Positions 1 through 10,870 of a stretch of 64,000 nucleotides of DNA are shown here, piece by piece. The DNA comes from a virus. Taxonomy: Duplodnaviria; Caudoviricetes. Under the pieces are notes generated by a model that was given only the letters and a program-made list of their open reading frames with translations, had not been told where the DNA came from and ran no database searches. The stretch is from IMG/VR virus record IMGVR_UViG_2595698902_000001, positions 192,001 to 256,000 of that record, one strand, 5' to 3'. A program made the translations under genes and the position numbers. Each line of letters begins with the position of its first letter. Within the stretch, counting starts at the first letter, position 1.

Positions 1-1
1 A

Positions 2-1693
2 GCTGGATGGAATACCGTTTCCGCAATGTACCTCAACATTCCGAACTGTACGCCGGGCTGGGTTAAGTTCGTTATTTTGAATAGCAGCGGACAAGTTATT
101 TTTGCAACCAATCCAGACGCGTACACATGGCGCTCTAAAGCAGGCGCAATTACCGTCGAACCTCCACCTGTGCCAATGGTTTACGGTGCCGATTACAATC
201 AGGTAAAAGGCAGCGGCGCAATTGAACCGTGTACCGATTCCACGCGGGTTTGTGTGCCTATTTGCGGCACGAATTTGATGGGGCCTGACGTTACGTTCCA
301 GCTCAGTTTGAGCAAAGTTGTAAACGCAGAAATTGGCGATCTTGTCGCAATCGGCACAATCAAAAACGGCAACCAGTACAGCTGCGATCAAAATACGTCG
401 CTCACTGTATATGATGCAGGTTTGAATGGCTACGTAAACCGTGGCGCGCATTCCATGTTTGTTAATCAATTGATTGGCAACTCTGGTGCAACCTACGTGA
501 TGGATGCGGATATTAATATTCCTGCATCTGGTTTGTACACGATTTATTTCCACGGTATCGACTACGCGGAATTTTTCATTGACTGCAATCGGGTAGCGGT
601 GTCCTCGGGTTCGGCTGTTCGTATTCGTACACCGCTGAATAGTGGTGTGCGGAAATGCCATATCAACTACTCCACTGCATCGCTAAACGGTTTGCGTACC
701 GGCTATGCTGCTGTGGCAATTGTTGACTCGTTAAACCGTGTAGTTTACGCGTCTCTTCCTGCGCACTGGCGTGGACGCATTGCGAGTGCAGGTTCGCCAC
801 CCAGCTGTGTGCAATTCCCACCATGCGCGCCGATTAGTGGTAACTCGATTCAACAACAAAATTCTGGCGGTGGCGGTTCTACCAACTTCACCGTCGGTTA
901 CGGCGCCGTGCAGGTGCGTAGTTCTTTGCATGGAAACGGCTCACAGCCGAACGGCGTTAGCTACACGTTGCAATTTAGGCCGACATTACCGGCAGGCTCG
1001 TATACGTTGGTGTGGTCGTGTGACGATGAAGGTGATTTCTATGTGAATTGCCAACACGTTGCATCGAAGCGTTCCGGTTGGCGTACAATTCAGCGAAATG
1101 CGTTCTACATTTCCGATGGATCAAAACCGACAACCATGTCCCTCGTCTACAGAAACACGGGCGGTTCTGTTATGTGGACGAACTTTGCAATTCTCAACGC
1201 GGCGGGAACCGCTGTATTGGTTTCTAGCCCAAGTCTGCCAAATGGTGCGTCGGCGGCAGGAAACGCAGTGGCTGCAACTAGCGCGGCGCCGCTTTACGAA
1301 ACCAATATGGGCGGACGTTATGTGCAGCATTACAGCACGTCGGCATACGGTGGTGGCCCTTCGTACCAGTGGTATATCGCAGAACAAGAAATCAATATTC
1401 CTGCTAACGGCCAATACCGTTTGGTAATGGGGCAGGATTTGGAATCTATGCAGATTTATATTGATTGCGCTCTGCGCGGCCAAGCGTTGGATACCACGTC
1501 GGGTTCCTCCGGTTTGTTCACGCTGCGCGCCGGTCCTAACCGATTCATTGTGCGGAAATATAACGCCCGCTCCGACAAACAAGACTGGTGGTGGTTCGAT
1601 CTGTACGATGCTGCCGGTAATCTGGTTTATCGTAGCCGCGCCGCTGGTTGGAAAGCTGCCGCACGCGACATGAATTTCTCGGGTATTTCTTAA
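2..1693 (+). CDS. Virion fibre/adhesin with repeated PA14/galactose-binding-like jelly-roll domains (5'-truncated)
   Basis: Frame is open to the window edge (AGWNTVSAM...). About 4 related units such as INIPASGLYTIYFHGIDYAEFFIDC, LPAGSYTLVWSCDDEGDFYVNC and INIPANGQYRLVMGQDLESMQIYIDC. Confidence 0.7.
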   Translation, partial: AGWNTVSAMYLNIPNCTPGWVKFVILNSSGQVIFATNPDAYTWRSKAGAITVEPPPVPMVYGADYNQVKGSGAIEPCTDSTRVCVPICGTNLMGPDVTFQLSLSKVVNAEIGDLVAIGTIKNGNQYSCDQNTSLTVYDAGLNGYVNRGAHSMFVNQLIGNSGATYVMDADINIPASGLYTIYFHGIDYAEFFIDCNRVAVSSGSAVRIRTPLNSGVRKCHINYSTASLNGLRTGYAAVAIVDSLNRVVYASLPAHWRGRIASAGSPPSCVQFPPCAPISGNSIQQQNSGGGGSTNFTVGYGAVQVRSSLHGNGSQPNGVSYTLQFRPTLPAGSYTLVWSCDDEGDFYVNCQHVASKRSGWRTIQRNAFYISDGSKPTTMSLVYRNTGGSVMWTNFAILNAAGTAVLVSSPSLPNGASAAGNAVAATSAAPLYETNMGGRYVQHYSTSAYGGGPSYQWYIAEQEINIPANGQYRLVMGQDLESMQIYIDCALRGQALDTTSGSSGLFTLRAGPNRFIVRKYNARSDKQDWWWFDLYDAAGNLVYRSRAAGWKAAARDMNFSGIS

Positions 1694-1702
1694 AGGTGAT
1701 TT

Positions 1703-3730
1703 ATGCCCCGGTTAACTAAAATTTCGCCGTCGATGATTTCCACACAGGGATCGAATGTCGGCGACGTGCTCAAGGATGACGGGATTAAATATTCCCCGAA
1801 TCCTGAGCGTGTGCATATTACTGGCGCTGTAAAAAGCGCCTCGTATGACAAAGAAACTGGCGTATTTCGTATCGTAAACAGTGACGACTCTGAAATCGTT
1901 GTAACTGGTTTGCCTACTTCGTCAAATATTGGGGTTGGCGCTACCGGCCCAACTGGCCCGCAAGGCGCAAAAGGAGATAACGGAAGAAATGGTAAAGATG
2001 GGCGCGATGGTCCTGCGGGCTGTATTGGCCCGAAAGGTGATGCAGGCCCTGCTGGTCCTCCCGGTGGTTATGGCGGTATCGGCCCCCGTGGCCCAGTAGG
2101 CGCAACAGGTCCGCAAGGCCCGCAAGGTTTACCCGGTGAAAAAGGCCCGATTGGTCCTACCGGGCCTGCTGGCCCTACGGGGCCTAGCGGTGGCGCTGGT
2201 CAAATTGGCCCTACCGGTCCACAAGGAATTATTGGTTTAACTGGTGCAACCGGTCCAACTGGCCCGCAAGGCGAAATTGGCCCGATTGGTCCTACTGGTC
2301 CAAAAGGTGAAAGCGGAACGGAAGGTGCAACCGGTTTGCAAGGCCCGCCCGGTGAACCCGGTCCTGCTGGCGTTGGTTTGCCCGGTCCGCCCGGAGCATC
2401 TGCAATTTTCACCAATGATTTTTGGACGCACGAAAACCCGTCTGTTGGTCGCTACGGTTCCATTGAAGTCGGCGACAAAACAATGGAAATTATGGGCACC
2501 TATAAATCCAGTTCGTCGGTGCAGGATATTTCTCTAACACTGCCGTTTAATGGAAAGGGTGCGCGTCGTGCAATTGCGTACATTAGTTTCAACAAATTCC
2601 CTACGGAATTGCGCACGACCGGTAACTACACGGCGACCGTTGAAAACACGATAGACGGTGATACTTCCTGTACGTTGAAGTTCAACGGCACGGTTCCTTT
2701 TGCGTCCCTTGATTTCAACTGGCGTGTGGCTCTGCTTTCCACTTCGCCTACGCCAGATTTGAATGCGCAAAATGGTTATCTTGATGTTGAGCGTCCGGGC
2801 GCCGGATACACCGCGCCTATGACGTTCTCGATTGCAGCCACTGCGGAATCTGATGAAACAATCGTGACTGAATACGAAACTGTTTCTGATACCAGTGTCG
2901 GCACCATGATCGATGCACCAAATACCGTGGATATTTTCAACCGCTGGCAGCGTGCGGCGGGTGGTGATTACTTCGGCACTTCGGTAACGGTTCCGCTGTC
3001 GAACGATGCTTCCACTTTGCTGTTCGATAATAACCGAATTGAAGTGCAGCGCAATACCACAAACTACACCATGCTGCTGTCGCCCGTTTCTTACAAGAAA
3101 TTCGATTATCAATGTGTTGTAGGTTCGCAGGACAACGATGACGATGCCATCGGTATGGTTGTCGCGTTTGCCCGCGTGGATGGCGTAAACCATTCCATTC
3201 TGGCAATGCGTAACCGTGGTGGCGCGGGTGGCCTCGCTCCGCTGAAAAACTTCATGCTGATTTACGTGCGCAATAACACAATTGTGCGCAACCTCGGCTC
3301 GGCGGATATTGGTACGGGTACTGGCGCATGGCGTGACCACACGACGAAAATTCGTGTAGTGCGAAATGGCGATTCCGTGCAGTGCTACGCAACGCCGTTT
3401 GATTCGACCGTTTTCGATCCTACGCCGCTGACTGTCGATTTGAGCAGCTCGCCAGACCTCGCCGTCTTCCGCGACTTCTGCCGGTTTGGTTTTGTTGCTT
3501 ACTCGCAAGCATTTGCCTACTTTGACGATATCGATTTTGTGCAGCCTGCAAATCCTGATTATGTCACTACGTATGGTTCGGTCGCAATTGCGCCGGGCGA
3601 TATCGAGGCAGAAGTGGCAGTGACCATTAACGGCACCGATGCAGTTCCGAACACTGGTTCTGTAATGCTGCGAATTGCAAACGCAAGAAATGCCAAGATT
3701 GTTAACGCAATCGGCACCGGCAATTTCTGA
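1703..3730 (+). CDS. Collagen-like tail fibre with C-terminal Calx-beta and TSP-C-like lectin domains
   Basis: Long Gly-X-Y run, DNDDDAIG motif, Calx-beta motif [24 protein letters not shown] upstream. Confidence 0.85.
   Translation: MPRLTKISPSMISTQGSNVGDVLKDDGIKYSPNPERVHITGAVKSASYDKETGVFRIVNSDDSEIVVTGLPTSSNIGVGATGPTGPQGAKGDNGRNGKDGRDGPAGCIGPKGDAGPAGPPGGYGGIGPRGPVGATGPQGPQGLPGEKGPIGPTGPAGPTGPSGGAGQIGPTGPQGIIGLTGATGPTGPQGEIGPIGPTGPKGESGTEGATGLQGPPGEPGPAGVGLPGPPGASAIFTNDFWTHENPSVGRYGSIEVGDKTMEIMGTYKSSSSVQDISLTLPFNGKGARRAIAYISFNKFPTELRTTGNYTATVENTIDGDTSCTLKFNGTVPFASLDFNWRVALLSTSPTPDLNAQNGYLDVERPGAGYTAPMTFSIAATAESDETIVTEYETVSDTSVGTMIDAPNTVDIFNRWQRAAGGDYFGTSVTVPLSNDASTLLFDNNRIEVQRNTTNYTMLLSPVSYKKFDYQCVVGSQDNDDDAIGMVVAFARVDGVNHSILAMRNRGGAGGLAPLKNFMLIYVRNNTIVRNLGSADIGTGTGAWRDHTTKIRVVRNGDSVQCYATPFDSTVFDPTPLTVDLSSSPDLAVFRDFCRFGFVAYSQAFAYFDDIDFVQPANPDYVTTYGSVAIAPGDIEAEVAVTINGTDAVPNTGSVMLRIANARNAKIVNAIGTGNF
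1937..2399 (+). repeat. Collagen Gly-X-Y coding repeat
   Basis: About 50 GPT/GPQ/GAT-type triplets in translation. Confidence 0.95.
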
Positions 3731-3734
3731 CGAT

Positions 3735-3773
3735 AGGGGCCTTCGATAAGGGGGCCTTTTTCTAGGCCCCTTT
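3735..3773 (+). terminator. Hairpin (terminator/attenuator-like) with duplicated 5' arm
   Basis: AAGGGGGCCT-loop-AGGCCCCTTT, with a second AGGGGCCT copy at 3735-3742. Abuts GGAG RBS. Confidence 0.5.
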
Positions 3774-3782
3774 GGAGTTTTT

Positions 3783-6700
3783 ATGGCAAAACTTATAGGC
3801 ACCGCGCAGGCCACATCATCGTTTCCTGATTATGGATCGGGCGCAGCCGCTTCCGTACAAGACGGCAATATTGCAACCGCGTGGTCTTCTGGCACCGCAT
3901 ACGCGGCGACTGATATTATTGCTTTTGTTTTTCCAGAAGCAGTAAAACTACGAACGCTTAAAGTTCTATTTCGTTCGTGGGCACGAACTATCCAAATCGG
4001 CTATGCAGACGCATGGTCTACAAGCAAAGCTGCGTATACCATTGCCCGCACAGTTGATACGCACGCTACGGCCTCTACTACCGGCGACAGCACCGATGCC
4101 AACGGCAAAGCGTGGTATGCGCCTGCCGGGCCTGCTAGTAGCTATGATGCGGCAAACGTTATCGCACTTCCTGATAATGAAGTTTACGCAAAAGTTTGGG
4201 CGCTTTTTGCTCCCAACGTAGCCTCCGGTTTGGGAGGTGCCACAGGCTCCGTAGACCGGCTGCGTATTTATGAAATGGAAATGTTTGATGACGATAGTTT
4301 GGTATCGTTTGAAAGGCGTCCCGTAAACCCAAGGGTTCCTTTGCCGGCTCCGTCCGCTCCGTATACGGCAGTTCCTAACTCCAAATGGACACGCACGGAA
4401 TATTCCACGGTCGGGCAGCATTCGTTTACGCCGAAACCTGATACCACGCTGGTATTAGCTATCGCAGTTGGTGCCGGTGCGGCTGGTTTTATTGAAACTG
4501 ACGTAGACGGGAATAGCAGCCCGCTAACTTCGTCTTTGTTCGGCGGAAATACCAAAGTTTCTAACGCTGCCGGTCCTATTTTGGAAGCGGGCGGCGGTGG
4601 TGATCGCAGCGCTCCGCTTTTATCGTGGCAAGGCGGCACAATAGTAAACGATGTTAACGGCAGTTCCTCGGACTGGATTAGCGGCCAAGACTTACTAGGC
4701 AACAGCGCACCTTCTGGCGCACCTTCCAATTTCACCAATGGTACAGGCGGCGCAAACAGCAAAATTGGTGGTTTGGGCGGTACTGGTGGATTTACTATAC
4801 CCGCGGGCGCAATGAATGGCGACCTGCTATCCACCACAACGTTTACAGGCAGCGCAGCAATTGTCGGTATTTCCGTACAAAGCCAAGTAAACTTTTTCCG
4901 CGACGTTTCTTACGGGTATCGCAGTAACGGTTCCGTTAACGCAGGTGCAGGCTCCATTACCTTCACCCCGATTAAAATGGTCGCTGGGCAGAAACTTGTT
5001 TTAAACTTCACGAAAGTTTCTAACGGTGCGACCTACGCCTACATGAACGGCGTTCAGTTCGGTGTGGTAGGCGGAACGTCGGGCGGTTCATTTACGTTTA
5101 ACTGTACCGTGACGGGCATGTATACGTTGCAATACGTGCAAAACGGTTCGAGTACCGGACATTTTTCTGCAATTACCAGCCTTTCCATAACCTCTTACGG
5201 GTATGGCAGAAGCTCAGGCGGCGGCTCTGGTGGTGCAGCACTTGCGTATTTAATCCCCGAACCTTTGACGATTGACGTTGGTGCAGGCGGCACGCCTCTA
5301 ACTAGCGGTTATACAATTCCCGCAAATGCTGCGGGTGCGCGTGGTGGTGGCGGTGCGGCGGGCGGTGCTGGCGGTGACGGCGTTGTAATTGTTTACGAAT
5401 ATAGCGGACCTTTGCCTTCAGCGGTTCCGCCCGCACCAGTTTTTTCCAACTACAACACCGCACCGGGATCAACTGTAGCTGGTACATTCCGAACTGATTA
5501 TTTAGGCGAACGATCCACGGCCCTTTACAAAGACCCGACGCTGTATAATCACAGACTGCGGCCTTCGACAAAAACCGTTTTGTTTGTGATGGTTGGCGCG
5601 GGTGGTGGTGGCAACCTTGGCGCTAGTCTGAATTCCCCGCCGACAAAAGTAACGATTGGCGATAAACAATTTATTGCAGAGTCTGGTACTGGTGGGGGCA
5701 ACAGTGGTGGTGCCGGTGGTACGTTTAGTTCCGTACCGGGCGACATTGTAATTATGTCTTCTTCCGGCTCTGGCGGCATGGCTAGCTATCAGGGTTCGAC
5801 GTTACCGGATCAGGCTGTGGTTGCAGGTCGTTATGGTGGCGCGACCAGTAACACGTCGAGTTCAGTTAGTGGTGGTGGTACAGGTGCATATGCGTTTGCG
5901 GCCACTCAAGATTTGCCAGAAGACGGAATTATTCAGATTGAAGTAGCGAATACTTACCCGTCTAATGGTTTTGCTTACAGCAATATGGGTGGTGCGGTTT
6001 TCGTATATGAATCTGAAAGCGATTTCGGTCCGTTTATTTCGCAACTCAGCGAACAAACGCTGATCAAAAGCCCAACCTTTTCGCAGACACAAACCACTCA
6101 GGTTAGCGAGCAGGTTCTGGTAAAGGAAAAACAAACTGCTACGCAAATTTCGCAGGTTAGCGAGCAGACATTTATTCGCGCACGCTGGGCTGATACATGG
6201 ATTTCGCAGCTGTCCGAGCAGGTTTTAATCAGGGAAGATGAAAGCAATAACCCGCTGCAAGTTTCCTATGCAGACGTGGCTTACGTTGTCGATGCAACCG
6301 ATCCAGAAACGGCAGTAACACAACTTTCTCAGCAATCGTTGGTGCGGGATAAAGTAGCGGATACGTGGACTACGAATTCTGTACAGCAAATCCTGCTTAA
6401 AGCGTTCCCTGCAACTTTCCGATTTACGCAGGTTCCACAGCAGGTTTTGATTGCAGAAAACCCGTCCGTTTTCTTCATGAATTTCGGCACGCTGGAAAAC
6501 CCACGAAAGCACGTTTTGTATGATTCTCGGACAGCGCGTGCCACCTCGGTTCCCGAAGGCGCGGTCATTCAGCTGGAGGGCAATTTTGCGCCCGGTTCGT
6601 ACATGGTGATTAACGGTGTAAACGTCGGCCTGTCTAGTCCGATTTCCAATAACGATCAGGTGTCGCTGCATTCCGGCGTTACCAACTACTACCAAAAGTC

Positions 6701-8084
6701 TATTAACGTTTACGCGTATTTCCTGATTAATGGTGAAACTACCCGTGAAATGGTTGGTATCTGGAACGTCATTCAGCCGGATTTGAAACCTGTTGTAACC
6801 CGTGCTTATTCCATTCACTGGACCGCGAAATCGTTCCTGTTCCTGCCTGCGAAATCCACACTTGCCACTGCTGCTAAGTCGGTATTTGCTAGCGCCCGGA
6901 CAATGCTGGCTGCGCTCGTTGAAATCCTCGTTGGTTCCAATAACAGCAAAGCTGTGCAGCTGGTGGAAATCCTGTTTGCGCGTGCGAATATCTCTACCGC
7001 TGCTTCGATGGAATCTGTTTTCACCAAAGCGTTGTCCGCCGCTTCCGATGCAATGGAATCTGTTTTCACCAAAGCGTTGTCCACCGCTTCCGATGCAATG
7101 GGATATGTTTTCACCAAAGCAAAAATTGCGCTGTCCAATCCGTTTAAGTGGGATTACACGCAAGCCAAAGTGGACAAGTTTAAGGCTGACAAATTCGTTG
7201 GCACAGCTGCCTACTACGGCACCTTTGATTCCACGAAAAACTTTGTGCAAACCAAAGATGGGGCTTCGTTTGTACTTCCTGAATACCTCGAAACCAAAGC
7301 CGGTTACGGGAATTATGACAACGCTACGTTTGAACAAAGTTCGGTTAATGACTCTGATTTCAAAATCACGGAGTCGGATCACACTACTGCATATTCAGCA
7401 TTCGACGGAACTGATTATGAGTATAACGACGTAGGAAAATCCACTGAATCCAGCGTTACATGGACTGCTATTCTCGGTTCTGGCTTTGCGCGTCTGTTTG
7501 AAGTCGGCACACTGGGCACAATTGCCTATAGCGTATTGAGCGGCGTTAAATACGAAAAAGGCGGTGGCGTTTCGCTCGATTGGTGGGCAATGCCTACCGG
7601 TACAGCAGCAATAACCAAAGCTGTTTACGGCATGTTTGGCGCCAACGGAATGGATAATGCGAAGTCCAAAATCTCGATGTTTGAGCAAGGGTCTATCGCA
7701 CGTAAATCGGAAAACTTTGATACGTTCCCGACTACACCACTTTGGTTGCAACGGCATAGCTCGACGTTCCAAGCGAAGACGGAAAAGACTCAGCAGCATT
7801 CGAGTATTTTCAACGTCAAGCCGATCTACACAACCAACAGTCACAAACTCGCAGCGCTCTATCCGTATTTGAAATCCGAATTGGTTGTTAAGGGCAATGC
7901 GCCTGCGCTGACCTACATGGGCTTCAATACGCGACAAGACGCGCTTGATTTCACAGAAAACTTCTACGGCGTTAGCGTACTTAATGCCTACAACGGATTC
8001 ATCTACAATCTAGACGTAGACCGTTCGTTCATTTGTGAAATTTCCTACGTTGGACCTATTTCCGGTTTAATGCAGGGCGGTTAA
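3783..8084 (+). CDS. Large tail fibre/structural protein (discoidin F5/8C-like N-terminus, two Gly-rich domains, SQxSEQ repeats)
   Basis: DGNIATAWSS...LRIYEMEMF discoidin-like motif, two VGAG(A/G)xG glycine-rich domains, repeated (S/T)Q(L/V)SEQxL units. Confidence 0.75.
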   Translation: MAKLIGTAQATSSFPDYGSGAAASVQDGNIATAWSSGTAYAATDIIAFVFPEAVKLRTLKVLFRSWARTIQIGYADAWSTSKAAYTIARTVDTHATASTTGDSTDANGKAWYAPAGPASSYDAANVIALPDNEVYAKVWALFAPNVASGLGGATGSVDRLRIYEMEMFDDDSLVSFERRPVNPRVPLPAPSAPYTAVPNSKWTRTEYSTVGQHSFTPKPDTTLVLAIAVGAGAAGFIETDVDGNSSPLTSSLFGGNTKVSNAAGPILEAGGGGDRSAPLLSWQGGTIVNDVNGSSSDWISGQDLLGNSAPSGAPSNFTNGTGGANSKIGGLGGTGGFTIPAGAMNGDLLSTTTFTGSAAIVGISVQSQVNFFRDVSYGYRSNGSVNAGAGSITFTPIKMVAGQKLVLNFTKVSNGATYAYMNGVQFGVVGGTSGGSFTFNCTVTGMYTLQYVQNGSSTGHFSAITSLSITSYGYGRSSGGGSGGAALAYLIPEPLTIDVGAGGTPLTSGYTIPANAAGARGGGGAAGGAGGDGVVIVYEYSGPLPSAVPPAPVFSNYNTAPGSTVAGTFRTDYLGERSTALYKDPTLYNHRLRPSTKTVLFVMVGAGGGGNLGASLNSPPTKVTIGDKQFIAESGTGGGNSGGAGGTFSSVPGDIVIMSSSGSGGMASYQGSTLPDQAVVAGRYGGATSNTSSSVSGGGTGAYAFAATQDLPEDGIIQIEVANTYPSNGFAYSNMGGAVFVYESESDFGPFISQLSEQTLIKSPTFSQTQTTQVSEQVLVKEKQTATQISQVSEQTFIRARWADTWISQLSEQVLIREDESNNPLQVSYADVAYVVDATDPETAVTQLSQQSLVRDKVADTWTTNSVQQILLKAFPATFRFTQVPQQVLIAENPSVFFMNFGTLENPRKHVLYDSRTARATSVPEGAVIQLEGNFAPGSYMVINGVNVGLSSPISNNDQVSLHSGVTNYYQKSINVYAYFLINGETTREMVGIWNVIQPDLKPVVTRAYSIHWTAKSFLFLPAKSTLATAAKSVFASARTMLAALVEILVGSNNSKAVQLVEILFARANISTAASMESVFTKALSAASDAMESVFTKALSTASDAMGYVFTKAKIALSNPFKWDYTQAKVDKFKADKFVGTAAYYGTFDSTKNFVQTKDGASFVLPEYLETKAGYGNYDNATFEQSSVNDSDFKITESDHTTAYSAFDGTDYEYNDVGKSTESSVTWTAILGSGFARLFEVGTLGTIAYSVLSGVKYEKGGGVSLDWWAMPTGTAAITKAVYGMFGANGMDNAKSKISMFEQGSIARKSENFDTFPTTPLWLQRHSSTFQAKTEKTQQHSSIFNVKPIYTTNSHKLAALYPYLKSELVVKGNAPALTYMGFNTRQDALDFTENFYGVSVLNAYNGFIYNLDVDRSFICEISYVGPISGLMQGG
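7008..7120 (+). repeat. 45-bp tandem repeat (2.5 copies), in frame
   Basis: ATGGAATCTGTTTTCACCAAAGCGTTGTCC(G/A)CCGCTTCCGATGCA at 7008 and 7053, partial copy at 7098. Confidence 0.95.
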
Positions 8085-8114
8085 TTCGTGATAATTTAAA
8101 CAAAATGGCCTTTC

Positions 8115-8546
8115 TTGGATGACACCATGCTTATACCAAAGAAAAGGCTCAGCGAGGTAGGCAACCGAGTACGACAAAAGTTCAACTTTGTTACGACACT
8201 GTTGACACCGGGAGCACACGAAGACTTTGTATTGGAAAGCGGCGCGTCCGCAATCGTGCAACGTCTTCGTGTTTCTTCTCCGTGCGTGGTGGAATTTTTC
8301 GGGACCGAAGACCACAGCCCGATTATTGACCCCACGCCGTATCGGTTTAAAGCCGTAGCTGGGCACCTGATGGATGACGGCACAACGCAAATGTCGGATG
8401 GAACCGTCATTAAATCGCGACAATATTCCAACTTTATCAACCTTGAAGACCCAGTAAAACCACGGGTTTACGGGCGGATAACAAATACTCAGCCAGTGAA
8501 TGCAACCATTACACTGGACCTGCTTTTTCTGACTGTAGAGGATTAA
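8115..8546 (+). CDS. Hypothetical virion structural protein
   Basis: 143-aa ORF inside structural operon; start uncertain. Confidence 0.6.
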   Translation: MDDTMLIPKKRLSEVGNRVRQKFNFVTTLLTPGAHEDFVLESGASAIVQRLRVSSPCVVEFFGTEDHSPIIDPTPYRFKAVAGHLMDDGTTQMSDGTVIKSRQYSNFINLEDPVKPRVYGRITNTQPVNATITLDLLFLTVED

Positions 8547-8549
8547 AGA

Positions 8550-9740
8550 ATGGGCATTGCAATCATGAAAGAAAAGTTCACAACTGCGGGGGAAATCACC
8601 CTCGACATTGTGAACGCTATGATCGCGAATGGTTTTAAAGCGATTTTCCCTGTAGACGAAGGTGGGGTTTTCAAACCGCCTGTTGGTTCTGCAATTGATA
8701 AATGGATTTGCGTGCTGGAAGCAACCGGCGATGTTGACCCGCTGAATAAAACCGAGGTTGTTACTAAGCAACCTTGGCGCATTGCGTTTCAGGTTTATAA
8801 CAACGCCACTATGGGCATGTTTGCTGGTAGTGCGCAGGCGCTGAAAGATGACGGTACTTTGCCGTACACTACTGCAATTGTTCCAGTTGGTTCTCAGGGT
8901 ACGAAAACTACCAAAGTTATTGGCGCTCGCGGTATCATCGGCGACGACTACTCCCCGTATAAAGCTAGCACTACCGACCCAACCAACTACTTCACCGACC
9001 TAGATAAATTCCAGCCACACTGGAACCAAAAAACAGAAGGGTTTATCGACCGTCGTACTAAGGTTTGGGTAGACGCTATTTCCAGCCCGGCCTCCAGCGG
9101 CACTGAAACCCCGCCGGTTCAGCCGACCGATCCGCTGAAAGACGTATCGAACACTTACCCAATGTCGTACTATTTGGTAATTGGTCCGCATGGTTTCTTC
9201 CTGTCGGTTTGGCAGGGCGCCGCAACCAACATGAAAGGTACGGATTTCTCGTGGGTTCTGGTGCAACGCCCCGTTAAACGCGATACCGGCGCCGTTGTTA
9301 CCGAGGGCAAAGCCCCTGTATTCTGTGTTAACAGCGTTGGTAACGTTATTAACCGTTTTGTTGTACGCGAAGCCGACCTGTCGGACGCCAGTGCAATTAC
9401 TCTGGCAACCGAAGACACCAAAGACGGCACCGCGATTATCAACGACAAGAAACAAATCGGCGTTTCTGAAAATAACCAGTACATTGTAAACTATCCGTCG
9501 CGCCTCAACACCCCGCGCTACGCTTACACTTACGAACTGGATATGATCGGTTATGCGTCTGCTACCGTGGTTTCTGGCACTACCGAAATTCCACAAACGC
9601 TTTACGGCGAAAGCACCCCGCGTACCTACATCGGTATGCACTCCAACCTCGAAAACAACAACGGCATGCGCATTGTTGCCGTAAAGGTTGCTCCGGGTAT
9701 TGATAAGCTCGGTGGCCTGCTGGCTCCGCCTGCACCTTAA
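8550..9740 (+). CDS. Virion structural protein, paralog A1
   Basis: Shares DPLNxTxxxxKQPWRI and PSRLNTxRYAYTYELDMxGY with the next gene. Confidence 0.75.
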   Translation: MGIAIMKEKFTTAGEITLDIVNAMIANGFKAIFPVDEGGVFKPPVGSAIDKWICVLEATGDVDPLNKTEVVTKQPWRIAFQVYNNATMGMFAGSAQALKDDGTLPYTTAIVPVGSQGTKTTKVIGARGIIGDDYSPYKASTTDPTNYFTDLDKFQPHWNQKTEGFIDRRTKVWVDAISSPASSGTETPPVQPTDPLKDVSNTYPMSYYLVIGPHGFFLSVWQGAATNMKGTDFSWVLVQRPVKRDTGAVVTEGKAPVFCVNSVGNVINRFVVREADLSDASAITLATEDTKDGTAIINDKKQIGVSENNQYIVNYPSRLNTPRYAYTYELDMIGYASATVVSGTTEIPQTLYGESTPRTYIGMHSNLENNNGMRIVAVKVAPGIDKLGGLLAPPAP

Positions 9741-9771
9741 CTGATCGCCGAAGAAATAGAGGGTAAAACAA

Positions 9772-10848
9772 ATGGCAGTTTCTGGATTCTATGTTCGTCG
9801 CAGCGGTTATTCGCACGTTGGCGAACTCATGCTTGCTGTAATTAACGACCTGACAGCAAACGGGTTTTCTACTCGTTTTCCTGCTAACTGGGTTCCGCCT
9901 GTAGACCCAGCTGGCCGCGCAGCTTTTTCGGTTTTGCTGGAAGCTGGCGAAAAGGTCGATCCGTTGAATGAAACTTCGCTGCAAAATAAGCAGCCGTGGC
10001 GCATTCACATTCAGGTTTTTGACAAACACACCTGTGGCATTACTGCCGGTTCTCAGCAATCTCTGCGTACCGACGGCACCATGTCGTATACCACTACGGG
10101 CACCACTACCAAAACCCTGCAAGGTCCGCTCGGCGCAATGGGTGGTTACTACACCAAAAACAATAACAACCTCGCAACTTTCTGCCCGGATGATACAAAA
10201 CCTGCCGAAGGTTTTATTAACCGGAAATCGCGTGTAACTATCGGCACCAACGGCGCTACTGATTTGTCGGAATCTTTCCCGATGACCTACAGCCTGTCGA
10301 TCACTCCACGCGGTATTGTTTTCTGCGTGTGGGAAGACTTCCTGTCGGATAACAGCGCTGGTGCAATTTCGTGGTTCCTGATTCAACGTCCGGTAAACCG
10401 CGACACTGGCGCGGTAATCAAAGACGGTAAAGCTCCGGTCTTCTGCGTGTACGGAGCTAACGGCAAGATTAACCGTTTTGTTGTGCGTGAATCTGACGTG
10501 CTGCGTCCGTCCGAACCGGTAGACGCCACCAAAGACACCGATTACAACAACGCGATTATCAACGGTATGGAACAGGTAGCGATTTCGGAGGGCAACCGCT
10601 ATGTGGTTAGTTTCCCTTCGCGCCTGAATACCACGCGTTATGCCTATACCTACGAACTGGATATGCTGGGTTACACCTCGGCAGACGTGGTATCGGAAAA
10701 CACTGATATTCCGCTTCTGGTTTACGGCGAGAAAAACGCTGGCGTCGATGCTCCGCGCACCTACGTTTCGCTGATGGCTAACGGTCCGTCTAACACCGGT
10801 ATGCGTATTGCAGCACTCAAACTCGGCGGCGGGATTTCGCTGACTTAA
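9772..10848 (+). CDS. Virion structural protein, paralog A2
   Basis: Clear tandem paralog of 8550-9740. Confidence 0.75.
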   Translation: MAVSGFYVRRSGYSHVGELMLAVINDLTANGFSTRFPANWVPPVDPAGRAAFSVLLEAGEKVDPLNETSLQNKQPWRIHIQVFDKHTCGITAGSQQSLRTDGTMSYTTTGTTTKTLQGPLGAMGGYYTKNNNNLATFCPDDTKPAEGFINRKSRVTIGTNGATDLSESFPMTYSLSITPRGIVFCVWEDFLSDNSAGAISWFLIQRPVNRDTGAVIKDGKAPVFCVYGANGKINRFVVRESDVLRPSEPVDATKDTDYNNAIINGMEQVAISEGNRYVVSFPSRLNTTRYAYTYELDMLGYTSADVVSENTDIPLLVYGEKNAGVDAPRTYVSLMANGPSNTGMRIAALKLGGGISLT

Positions 10849-10870
10849 TACGGGGAAATAAAGCCCCTTT

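Noticed and set aside
1937-7120. Repeats as possible CRISPR array or DGR template/variable pair
   Set aside because: They are in-frame coding repeats with no spacers, no adenine-specific mismatch pattern, and no cas or reverse transcriptase gene is seen.
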